A stretch of DNA of 64,000 bases from the human T2T-CHM13v2.0 reference genome, Homo sapiens. The position numbers were made by a program, and so were the translations under genes. Positions within the stretch are counted from its first letter, which is position 1. Every line of letters starts with the position of its first letter. The notes under the pieces were generated by a model. That model had not been told where the DNA came from. It saw nothing but the letters and a program-made list of their open reading frames with translations, and did not search any database. The stretch lies in assembly GCF_009914755.1 (NCBI RefSeq), contig NC_060936.1; one strand, 5' to 3'. Below are positions 1 to 13,560 of the stretch, piece by piece.

Positions 1-569
1 TGAGGGTTAAATGATACTTAAAGTGTTTAACTTAGTACTTGGTAATATATTGTTTCAGGTTTATGACTATATTTCAGATTGCAGGTGCTATCAAAAATCT
101 GACCTTTAGAGATTTAAATAATGGGGCATTTATTTATGAAAATACTTTGCAATTTGCTTTGAAAATTACAAAATGCTACAGATACAAGGAACAACAAGGA
201 TAATGATAAGTTACTGTGATCACATCAGACATTTTGGTTTAGAAAGGTTTGTTAACTATCCAGGTAAATGTATATTTTAAAGCAAGTAAAAGATGATTTA
301 GCAAACCTACAAGGCAAATAGTTAAACGGTTGAAAAATCAACTTAAAGAGATGTGAGCTCAAAAACTCCTTATCCTTTTAACAGAATTCCTTTTATCCCA
401 CTAGACACATTAGTTATGTTGTAATTCCTTTGGTTGAGATGGATAATTAAAAATTCATTTTAAAATGCTACTTTGTTTGGGATAATCTGATTAACCGACT
501 TTTCCAATTCACTCATTCATACAATGAAAAAGCCTAGGAAAAGGTGCATGAGAAAGAGGAACTGCCTTA

Positions 570-852
570 TTTTTTGAGATGGGTCTCACTCTGTCACCCA
601 GTCTGGAGTGCAGTGGTGTGATCACAGCTCACTGCAGCCTCCAACTCCTGGGCTCAAGTGATCCTCCCACCTTAGCTTCCTGAGTAGCTGGGACCACAGG
701 AACATGCCACCACGTGTGGCTAATTTTTTGATTTGTAGAGTCAAGGTCTCGCTAGGTTGCCCAGGCTGGTCTCGAACTCCTGGGCTCATGCAATTCTTCC
801 ACCTCAGCCTCCCAAAATGCTGGGATTACAAGCATAAGCCACTGTGCCCAGC
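570..852 (-). mobile_element. Alu (AluJ-like)
   Basis: Reverse Alu: tttttgagatgggtctcactctgtcaccca...ataagccactgtgcccagc. Confidence 0.93.
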
Positions 853-1207
853 TCCTTTATTTTTAAATAATGTCTTGGGGATGAGGCAGGTGTAATTCAT
901 TGTGTTAATCAGGCTCAATCATGAATTTTAAGAAATAACATTTAACCTAAAATCCTGTGACCAAAATGAGAGTATTCATATTTTTTGCATCAAGTTGGGA
1001 AAAGTTAAAATTGTTTGATGTCCTCAGTTACACAACTTAAATCATGAAAGGAATAATAAATCTTGTTTTCCAAAATTACTCAGATAAGAATAAAAATCTT
1101 CAGAATTCCACAAGTATGAGGTTTAATGATAAATGTATAAATTTTACAACTGTTCTGAAAAACAAGAGAGTTGGTTGCATGCTCATATATATACACAAAT
1201 TTATATA

Positions 1208-1487
1208 TTTGAGACAAGGTCTCACTTTGTCTCTCAGGCCAGAGTGCAGTGGCGCAAACATGGCTCACTTTCAGCGTCAACCTCCTGGGCTCAAGCATCT
1301 CCTGCCTTAGCCCCCCAGGTAGCTGGGATCACAGGCATGTGCCACCACACCCGGCTAATTTTTGTATTTTTTGTAGAGACAGGGTCTTGTCATGTCCAGG
1401 CTGGTCTTAAACTCCTGAGCTCAAGCAATCTTCCCATCTCAGCCTCCCCAAGTGCTGGGATTATAGGCATGAAACATTGCACCCAGC
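1208..1487 (-). mobile_element. Alu (AluJ-like)
   Basis: Reverse Alu dimer motifs. Confidence 0.92.
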
Positions 1488-1819
1488 AGAATGTTAAAAT
1501 ATTTAAAGACAATGTAGCAACTATAGACATCTTAAGCTAACAGAATAAACTAAGATTAAATCTAAATTATGAGAAAATCAGTAAGTTTCAGCTCTTGGAA
1601 AATAATATGATGAGTATAATTTTACTTATATACCAAATAGTTATGTTAAGAATCCCATTCATTCACTCTAATGCTTTATTCATAAGAAAATAAATTCTTA
1701 ACTATCTACTGTTAACCAGCTTCTTTGTCAGGTACTTTCTGCACCACAGTCTGGGAGGTAAGATCTTACCTCCCGTGAACAAAAAAGAAAACTGAAGCCA
1801 CTGTGAATTCTAGTTTTAA

Positions 1820-1950
1820 GACTTACTATTTTGAGTCTTGGGGAATTAATTTGTCTGAGCCTCAGTTTGTTCATTCATAAAATGGGGCCAATAATACCTG
1901 TCTTCTAGTATTGTTATGAACGTTAAAATGGCCCAAGTAAACTCTCAACA
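1820..1950 (+). mobile_element. MIR fragment
   Basis: ctgagcctcagtttgttcattcataaaatgggg MIR core. Confidence 0.7.
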
Positions 1951-1965
1951 AAAAGTAGTTATTAA

Positions 1966-2107
1966 GTTGGGCATGATGGCAATGTGCCTGCAGTCCCAGC
2001 TACTTGGGAGGCTGAGGTGAGAGGACTGATTGAGCCCAGGAGTTCGAATCCAGCTTGGGCAATATAGTGAGGCCCTCATCTCTTAAAAAAAAAAAAAAAA
2101 AAAAAAA
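1966..2107 (+). mobile_element. Free Alu monomer (FLAM-like) with long poly(A)
   Basis: Single-arm Alu ending in ctcttaaaa(A)n. Confidence 0.85.
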
Positions 2108-2120
2108 GGTAGCTATTAAT

Positions 2121-2498
<378 letters not shown>

Positions 2499-2509
2499 TC
2501 ACTTTAAAG

Positions 2510-2708
2510 CAGTGCTGCCCAGTAGAACGTTCTAAATGACAGATGTCCTATATCTGAGCTGTCCAGTGTGGCAGCCACTAGCCATATGTGGTTACTGGGC
2601 ATTTAAGGTGTGACTAGTATAACTGAGGAGCTGGATTTCTAATTTTATTTACATTTAATTAATTTAAGGATCCACATATGACTAGATGCTACTGTACCCA
2701 AAGCATAG
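2510..2708 (+). mobile_element. MER3 (hAT-Charlie MITE)
   Basis: cagtgctgcccagtagaac...gcagccactagccatatgtgg...ctgaggagctgga. Confidence 0.8.
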
Positions 2709-3037
2709 TTCTAAAGCTTGTGGGTTCCTCCCCGCCCCCCATTAAGGCACACAGCTTCATTTAAGGTATGCAAAGTTCCTTTTCAGGCCTCCCCCTTAAA
2801 GGGTACACATAGATGGCAAATAGGTAGCTGTGGTATGTAGGTCTTTGTGTTTAGGTGTTTAGGCTTTTGAGTACGAATACCATTATACCATGTATTCACC
2901 AATTCTGGTATTAATTGCTTGAAAATAGATCTTTTTTTTAAAAAAAAAACTATAAATCTCATTGTATTTCTAGCTGTGGCAGACCTAAGATAAATTATTT
3001 CCTACTTTCTTTAATAATACAGATCATGTAAAATGAT

Positions 3038-3540
3038 TGACAGGGCTCAAAACTCACTACCCGAAAATATAGGGGCATACTGACTCTTCTAAGCTGAAGG
3101 AAACTGAGAAAACTTGAAAAGCAGAAAGGTCACTCTCTGACCTTCTGCCTTTCTGCTCTGAAGCAGGCCACAATATAATTCTCTGACCTTGCCCTGAAGC
3201 AGGTGCTCTACCTATCCTTAGAAGAAAGAATCCAAACACACAGAGATACCAAGAAGAAGCTGAACAAACAGGCCTTGCTAAATTCCCCTCAGTGTATTAG
3301 CATCTTATAATACCCCTCAACCTTTGTCCAATCATACTTCTGTGACTGTCTGCTCTTCATCAAACCAAAGCATATAAATACACAGATTTCCCTGTTCTTT
3401 TGGGTCTTCATTTCTGAAAGCTCCTGTGTCACACAGAACTTATGTTAAATAAATGTGTATGCTTTTCTCTTGTTCATCTTTCTTTTGTTATGGGGATCTC
3501 AGCCATGAACCTTGCAATGGGGAAAGAAATATTTTCTCCC
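3038..3540 (+). mobile_element. ERV1 solo LTR (MER39/MER34-like)
   Basis: aggtcactctctgacct, ggccttgctaaattcccc, aataaatgtgtatgcttttctcttgtt...ctcagccatgaaccttgc motifs. Confidence 0.7.
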
Positions 3541-4503
3541 ATTGGTGATCCAGGCATTTCTCATACATGTTATATAAATACAAAGTACTTTTAAACTTCT
3601 AGCCTAAGTACTTTACACTAATATGATAGATGAACTTTTGTGTAATGTATACATAAAAAGTGGGAATAATATTTATGTAAAATCATACATAAAAACATAC
3701 TGTGCAAGCCTCTCAACCACTCTCAAGAACAGGAGCAAAAAATGTGGGTTGTAAGAGCAAGCCCAACTGCTGAGAATAACAGAGAATTCAGTCTTTAGAA
3801 ACAGTTATCTTACAGTCATTGAAGTTTGATTCCATAAACATAAAAGCTCCCCTGCTACTATATCTTACCAGAAAGAACAGCCAAAAGTTGAATTCCTTCA
3901 CAAATTATAGAAAATCTAGTGAACTAAAAACCCATAGGGAAACTGGTTACTGCATCACATGGCGTTTCTCAAATCTGAATTTTCTTCAAGAAAAAAAATG
4001 CTTAACAGGCCTAAGAATGTGTCTAAGTATCCCAGTTTCAGAAATACTGATTCATAAACTATGTCTTATTCTAAGAAAATGTCTGTCAATAGTAGGCAAT
4101 TACTACTGCAAAGCTCTGGCTTTTAACTGGTAAAATATATGTATTTTGATTGTCATCTGAATGAACTCAAAACACTTAAGATTTTTTTTTTAAAGCCATA
4201 AACCCTGAGAATATATCTGAATGCAATCCTCAGACTCAAGTTTGAGAAGTGCTGCTATAGCAGAGATACCAGAAACAGTATTACTCTGGCAGGAAAACTG
4301 GTTACCAATCAGCTGTATTTCTAAGTAGCCAACAATACTTATATTAGCCCCAATGGAACTTCACTCTTTTAATACACACTACATGGTTCAGATGTATCAA
4401 CATAAAAACATCACAAAAAAGCTTCATAGGATTTCAGTGTTAGTTCCCTCATCTCAAATATTAAGAATATGTCATAATCATGTATTTGCTTATATATGCT
4501 TAC

Positions 4504-4574
4504 CTTGCTCTTTGACATAGAAAGTGAAGATTCATCTTTATTTTGAGAAATATCTTCCTTCCCTCTTTCAAAAC
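4504..4574 (-). CDS. OSBPL8: OSBPL8 coding exon (exon 5), 71 nt, (G)FERGKEDISQNKDESSLSMSKSK
   Basis: Minus strand reads ctgactatttttttaAG|GTTTTGAAAGAGGG...AAGAGCAAG|GTAAGC. Phase 1 in, phase 0 out; matches recalled ORP8. Confidence 0.97.
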
Positions 4575-5754
4575 CTTAAAAAAATAGTCAGCATATCAGT
4601 ATTACTACTTTTGAACATGTATAATAAGTCATTCATTTTCAAGTATAGACTATATTTGATATAAATCAGTGCAGGAAGCCTGTACACACAGCTTTAAACT
4701 ATTAAAGATCTCTAGAGGGTCATATCTAGCATAATCCTTTAGAACTAAGGCTTAGAAAAAATGAAGTATTTCCCTGAACCCACCAACATCGTGAAATATC
4801 TCTTCTTTGCTCCTGCAGAACTCTGCATAAATTCAGCGCTTATAGAGCTTTTATTCTAGTGAGCTGGTTTCCAGCAACGAATTCTAACTCACGGAACCAA
4901 CTCAACATACTTTTCATACCTCTGGTCAAAATGGAAAACAATTTCAGACGAGGTGATGAAAGACTGGGGAAATAAATCTGGATTGACTTTTTAAAAATCT
5001 TATAATGTGCATATGGTGAGAATTAGATGAAGATACATACAAAGCACTTAGCATAGTGTTTTTGCACATAGCATACATTCAATTAATGTTCACCTTTATT
5101 ATCATTTTCTATTCTTATTCTAAAAGGATGAATCTTAAATACAAGAGTGCAGTGAGACAAACATGCATATACTCCTGCAATCATATAACACTTTAATATA
5201 GCACTATGCATAAACCAATTAACAAATTACTATTACAAAGGTACAATTATATTGAGACTTGTGTGGCAGGTATAAAAGGAGCAGTACACATTTTAATTTT
5301 AATGAGGTTTTTCTATTTTTGAGGACAGGTACTATTAACTCTTCCCTATAATTATTTGTTCAGAGTCCAATAAAAGCCTATATTTTAAAATATGTATAAT
5401 CATTCATAAAGCAGCATTTTTAAAAAAGTCAAGTAGTACCAGTGCCTAAAGTATTTTAAAAACACTTCTAGCACATCAAGGATAATACCATTGATTCTGC
5501 ATTTGGTTTATTAATGTAACAGCTAAAAAAAACTGTTCCATTTTCTTAATCAGATATTTTACTGAAAATTTTATATGATATAAAAAAAGGGATCTTTTTT
5601 CCTTCTCTGGTAAGAAAAAAGATCACTCAATCTCAATACTAAAAATAAAATGTAAAAAAAATGAAACTTTCATAAATGCAACATGGAATTTTAAATGAAA
5701 CTAGTTAGTGATTTGGGGTAGTGGTCTCTTCCAAGTATCCTCCCCACTCCTATA

Positions 5755-6385
5755 ATGAGACAGAAACCTACATCCCTATTAGAATGGCTAAAATTAAAAG
5801 GACTAACACCATCCAGGTACAGGTGAAAACATAGAGCAACTGAAACTCTGTTCACTACTGGTGAGAACATAGAGTGGCATAACAACTTTGAAAAACTACT
5901 TGACTGTATCTATTAAAGTTAAATGTACATTCTACACGGAGGAATTCTAATCCTAGATATACCCAACAGAAATGAGTGTGTACATCCATCAAAAGAGAGG
6001 CACAAGAATGTTCATAGAAGCTTTATTCATAATAGCCAAAATCTGGAACCACTTCAAATGGCTATTAAGAGTAAAATTAATGAATTCATTATAGTATGGT
6101 CACACTGTGGAAAATTAGACAGCAACAAAAAAGAACAACAAATATTGAGTGAGAAGCCAACTCTCCCCATTAAAAAAAAGTACGTACCATATGATTCTAT
6201 TTACAAACAATCTATGGCGTTAGAGGTTGGAACAGTAGTTTACCTTTTGGAGGAAATACTGACTCGGAGGGGTGTGAGAGAGCCTTCTGCTATGGGAAGT
6301 GATTACACGTGTCTATACGTAACTAAAAATTCAAAAGCTGCACACTTAATTACATGTAAATTATACCTCAATAAAAATAATTTTA
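5755..6385 (+). mobile_element. Old L1M 3' end
   Basis: agaatgttcatagaagctttattcataatagccaaaatctggaa; terminal ttatacctcaataaaaa. Confidence 0.8.
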
Positions 6386-8380
6386 AAACACACCCTTTCC
6401 CTACTCTTCCATTTTATTGCGTTTCTCTTGCTTTGACATCCTATGCCACCTAGTCTATATCCCTTTAACTTGTTCTGTATCTGGCTAATTCTGATTCATT
6501 TATCAGCAATAATGATATTTATACTAATTAACACAATAATATTAAAAAAAGCAATAATAAAGCAACCAATACCTATTTGTGAGAACCCGAGTGTGACACA
6601 CTATGCTATAGGTTTCATTTTTTTCTAATCTTTAAAACAATGCCACACACACAAAAAAATTAACCATATTTTACAGTTGAAAAAACTAAAGCTCACAGAA
6701 ATTATGTTGACCAACATCAACAAGTGACTATCAGAGCTGATTTAAACTTAGGTCTACATTTAAAACTCATGCTGTTTCTACAATGCCATGGAGCCTCTCA
6801 AGACGCAAGGCCACCCCTTCAGGGAGGCCTTGTTTTGACTTTGCAGGCATAGTTAGCTGTTCCTTTCTATGACACAAACAGCACTTCACACATACTTGTA
6901 CTACAGTATTTACTGCAGTATACTCCAATTATCTTTATGCTCATGTTGACCGTGAGTTCCTGAAAAGGGTCTAATCTTTGTATATTCTCTGAAACTTAAA
7001 AATTTCATAAATTAATCAAAAATTTAATAGAAAGAACTCCATTTTTACTTCCAAAGGTTTTAGAAAATGTGAAATACAGCACATCTTCAGAAAAATGCCT
7101 AAAACATAAATGTATAACAGAGAATACTTACTTAACAACCTCCCAAATCAAGAAATAGAGAATTGCTAACATTTCATAAGATTCCTCCTCAGTGCAATTC
7201 TTAATCACAATCCACCCTTTGTCTTCACAAGTAATTCGACTTGTGCAATAATTATTTACTAGCGTGTCACAGCAGGTACTTCATTCGTTTTCACTGCTGA
7301 TTAGAACCCTACTGCATGACTATACCACTATTTATCCATTCCACCATTATCAGACACTTGGATTGTTCCTAATTTTCCCCTGTTGAACAATAGTGCTATG
7401 AATATTCTTGGAAATGTATCGTGGTAGACACCTCTAAGTTTCTCTAAGGTTTAAATCTAGAAGGAGGAATCCTGGGTCACAGAGCATGTGTAACTTAAAC
7501 TTTATACCAAACTATGCAAAAGTTCTCTTTTCTCCATAACCGTAGTAACTTCAGTATTGAAAAACTCTTAATATTTTTGGCAGTCTGGTGGATGCACAGT
7601 AGTTTGTCAGTGAAGTTTTAGTTTGCGTGTCCCTGATTACTAATGGTGTTGAGAACTTTCTCATGTTAATTGGCTAATTTCCTCTTTGTGAAGAATGTCT
7701 TCAGACCTTTTGTACATTAAAAAAAAAATCGTCTATCTTTTCTTATTATATAAGAATTCTTGATATAGTCTAGATACTAGTCCTTTGCCAAATGTATTTG
7801 TTGTCAACATCTCCTTATTCTGTGGCTTTTTACAGGCTATGTGGTTTCTTTTGGTGAAGAGCTTTTAATTTTCATGTAGTCAAATTTAGCAATCTCTTTC
7901 TTTAAAGGTTAATGCTTTGGGGTCTTAAACTCTTCCCTAAATCTGCAGTCATAAAAATATTTTCCAATAATGTAGTTTTACTTTTTGCATCTACATCTAC
8001 AATCCACCTGGAATTGACATTTGAGTACAGTGTGATATACGGGTACAATTTCACTTTCTTTGCATTTAGACACCAACTGACCTGCCACCATTTATCGAAA
8101 AGAACTTCTTTTATCCATATGTGTCAAATGTTCACAAATGTGTAGGTCTGTTTCTGCACACCCTATCTGTTCTATTCATCTAGCACTTAAAGTACAGTAT
8201 TGCCTAGAAATGGTGAATGCATTCTTGTTTCTAATCTCAAAACTGTCAATATTTAACCATTAAGTACAATGTTTAATGTAGATTTTTGATATATTTTTAT
8301 ATGTGTATTTATATATATATTTGGATATAGATATTGATATTGGTACATATATTAATATATATATTTAAGGAACAGGGTTT

Positions 8381-8735
<355 letters not shown>

Positions 8736-9113
8736 TAGTTTTCTAAGAGTTAACAAAACGAAATTTGGATTTCATCAAAACTTTTCCCACATCTATTAAG
8801 ATAACCATATTATTTTTTCTGCTTTTAATCTGTTAGTGTAGTGAACCACATTTATTTCTAATGTTAAGTCAATCCTGCTTTCTTAGATTTTCATCCAACT
8901 TAGTCATAACGCATTGTCCTCTTTATAAAAAGATATTGCTACTACCATTAAGGAGTGTTGTAATCCATATTCATTACTGATTGGAAAAATTATAGGACAA
9001 TCTCTTTCAGTTGAATTTCATGTCAAAGTTATACTAATACTAGTGTTCTTCTCACTCTCCACTTCCATCCTCTGAAAGCAGTTGTGCAAGACTAGAATTA
9101 TTCTTTCATTTAA

Positions 9114-9493
<380 letters not shown>

Positions 9494-11950
9494 TCTGATT
9501 TAATTTCTTAATGGTTATTAGGACTATTCAGATATTCCGTTTCTTTTAAGAACAATTTCAGTAAACTATATTTACTAAGAATTTATTTCATTTGAACTTT
9601 TGAGTACATCAGCATACAAAAGTTCACAATATTCTCTTACATGTTTAATACATGGCTCCAACTATAGTTATATCTCTTTATTTTTGATACTGGCTAATTG
9701 TATCAGAGTTAAGGTTTTAAAAAAACACCTTTTGTCTACTGATTTGCAGTAACACTCTTTTTCATAATAAATCATACCACAGGTTTGTCTATCAGTCTTT
9801 TTCCAAGAATTTTAGGCTTTACTGAAACTCTCTAGTGTGTGTATTTTCTGTTCCATTAATTCTTAGTCTTACATTTATTATAGTCTTTTTTTCTTTTTGG
9901 AGATTTTGCTCTTATTTTTTGAACTTAAGAAAGATACTTAGCTCATTAATTTTTCTTCTCCCTTCTGTTTCTAAAATATGCACTTAAGGCTAAACATTTC
10001 CTCTTAATCACGATTTTAAAGCTATATTCCACAAATTTCGATATGTAATGCTTTCATAATTGTTCAAGTCAGTTATTTTTCCAATTCCTATTTTGATTTC
10101 TTCTTTGATCCATGAGGCATTTAGAAATATATTTTTGAATTTTAAACATAACAGAATTTTTATTGAACTTTTTGTTATAGATTTCTAACATAAAAAATAA
10201 GGTCAGATAATATGTTCTGAATAATTTTAATAATTTAAAATTTGTTGAAACTTACTTTATGGCACAGCATATGAGCAATTTTTATAAATATACCATATGT
10301 ATTAGATAAGAAGGTATATTCTATAGTTGTTGGGTATAAAGTTCTATATTTGTCCATTAACACACATTTCTTAGTAGAGAAGTTCTATTTTGATATGTAT
10401 TTACTGATTTTTGTCCTTTTCTCCCTCAATTACAAAGAGAAGAATATAAGTACAGATTTATCTAGTTTCCATGTTGTTCTCTATAAAATTTCCTTATATA
10501 TTTTGAGGGCATATAATGTACTCATGCTTTTTGCCTCAAAATTTATTCTGTCTGGTATCAATAGATACAGGAACTTTCTTTTCAGTAGTGTTTGCATTGC
10601 TTTTTATCCCTAGTCCTTCCCTACCCCAACTTTTCTTTATTCTTTTATATGTAGATATGTCACTTGTAACAGCAGGTACTGGATTATTTTTAATACTAAT
10701 CTTTAGATCATTAGTACTCAATATAATTGCTGACTTACCTAGATTTATATTTATCTTATTTTGGACTTTCTATTTGTTCCTCCCATACTCTATTGTCCTC
10801 TACTATCTTGTCTTCTATTTATTATAAACTAGTTAAGATTTAAAAACATAAATTAATCATTGTGTTTAGTGGTTACACTCAGAAATTAAAATATGTATAC
10901 TTAACTTTTCAAAGTTTAAAATTAATTATTAATTTACTCTCCTTCTGGGAAATACAAAGGCCTTGGAAGAACTTATTTACCTCCCTTCCAGCTTATACAC
11001 AATAACTGTCATATATTGCAAATCTCTCTCTCTTCTTAACTCCAAAAGACATTATTTGTATTGGCTTTAGAATCAGTGTGCATTAAATTTGCCCATATAG
11101 CCCTTGCTATTTGTTTATCCTTACAACTTAAGACTTTCCATCTGAAATCACTCTCCTTTTGCCTGAAGTACACCTGTAGCTTCTACTGTTTCAGTGAAGA
11201 AGTCAAACAGGTGTGAGTTTAACTGTTGTTATTCTTGTGAAGGAAATCTGGGTGTTTTCACCCTCTGTCTTTGATGGTCTGTAGTTTCACTATGATGTGT
11301 TTAGGTTTAAGTTTCTTTTTAATTTGTTTTCTTGAGAATTTGTGGTTAGTATCTTTGATCAGTTCAATTATAGCCATTATACTTAAAGACTTTTTATCCT
11401 ATTTTGTCTATTTCTTTTATTTATGACCAAAAAAAGACAGCTTTTTCCCTTTTATTCTGCATGCCTCAACTTCTTTATTTTTCATCTTTTCCCTCCCTGC
11501 TGTATCCTGAATAATTCTTCTGACTTACTTTCCTCTTCACTAATTCTATCTTCATCTGTATGTCCAATGTACTACTAGTATGTACACCGAGTTTTAAATT
11601 TTGGTTATGTTTAATTTCATTTCTAAAATTTATATCCTAATATTTCACAAATCTACAGGCTATTTTAAATAATTCCATTTTGAAAGTTTGCATTTATGTT
11701 TTTAAAAACCGTAAACAGAGCTTTAAAAACATTAGTTTGTATCGGATCACTCTAATATCCAAGAAGCCTTACCAGCCTCTTTCTACTGTTTGTTGTTTCA
11801 GTTACTTCTCATTCATGTCATATTTTCTTATGTATCTGGCCATCTCTGACTTGTGTACTAATTGCTGACTTTGAAAAAATTATTTGTAATAATAATTAGA
11901 GACCTGGAATGAAAACCCTCTCTCCAGAAAATTATATGATTTTCACTACC

Positions 11951-12244
11951 TTTTTTTTTTTTTTTTTTTTTTGAGATGGAGTTTCATTCTTATTGCCCAG
12001 GCTGCTGTGCAATGGCACAATCTCAGCTCACCACAACCTCCGCCTCCCGGGTTCAAGCAATTAGCCTCCCGAGTAGCTGGGATTATAGGCACACACCACC
12101 ACGTCCAGCTCATTTTGTATTTTTAGTAGAGATGGGGTTTCTCCATGTTGGTCAGGCTGGTCTTGAACTCTCGACTTCAGGTGATCTGCCCACCTCGGCT
12201 TCCCAATGTGCTGGGATTACAGGTGTGAGCCACTGTGCCAGGCC
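11951..12244 (-). mobile_element. AluS, TSD gattttcactac
   Basis: Reverse Alu with flanking direct repeats. Confidence 0.93.
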
Positions 12245-12487
12245 GATTTTCACTACTTTCTTAACAGCCTTTCTCCAAAGTATTCTGTCTCTTGTTTAAC
12301 TTACATAAAGTAATAAGAGTATCTCTGGGGTACTTTATTGAAGCCAAATTCCTTCCAAATGGTCATTAAGTAGCTAAGTGAGGATTAGAAACCAGGTAGT
12401 CTTGCTCCATTTTCACTCTGCAACATACATCCAGGCTGACTTCCACATTTTCTAAGGTTATAGAACCTATAACAACAGCACATATTC

Positions 12488-12792
12488 AGGTCAGATGAGG
12501 TGGCTCATGCCTGTAATCTCAGCGCTTCGGGAGGCTGAAGTGGGCAGATCACTTGAAGTCAGGAGTTCGAGACCAGCCTGGCCAACATGGTGAAACCCCC
12601 ATCTCTACTAAAAATACAAAAATTAGCCGGGTGTGGTAGCACATGCCTGTAATCCCAGCTACTTGGGAGGCTGAGGTGAGAGGATCACTTGAACCCCAGG
12701 AGGCGGAGGTTGCTGTGAGCCAAGATGGTGCCTCTGTGCTCCAGCCTGGGCGACAGAGTGAGACTCCATCTCAAAACAAAAACAAACAAAAA
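12488..12792 (+). mobile_element. AluS
   Basis: Forward dimer; TSD agca(c/g)atattca. Confidence 0.93.
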
Positions 12793-12871
12793 AGCAGATA
12801 TTCAGAATGATTACTATTTAGATTGACAGATGGCAATCCTTTCAATCAATTAAGAAATAATAATGGATTCA

Positions 12872-13324
<453 letters not shown>

Positions 13325-13409
13325 CTAAAGAGAAGCCAGGTATTCAAACAAAAATTATAATACAGTAAAATAACTGCTTATAATAAAGGCAGAGGGATAC
13401 CTGCGAATA

Positions 13410-13560
13410 AGCTATGGGGTCAGACTATCTATCAACCCTGGCGCCACCATTTACTAGCTGTATGACATTGGGCACAATACTTAACTTCCAATGGTTCAGT
13501 TTCTCCAATGGGGAAAGGCTTGAAAGTGATAAAGTACTTAAGACTGAAGCAAGACAGTGC
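13410..13560 (+). mobile_element. MIR
   Basis: ccatttactagctgtatgacattgggcacaatacttaacttc...tcagtttctcc. Confidence 0.8.

Noticed and set aside
4920-4963. 44-nt pseudo-exon (tttccccAG ... GAG|GTATGA) 350 nt upstream of exon 5
   Set aside because: Frameshifting, no homology, and such splice-site pairs are common by chance; no supporting evidence visible.
5923-6453. 176-aa ORF, the longest in the track
   Set aside because: Lies on an old L1 3' end; a chance open frame.
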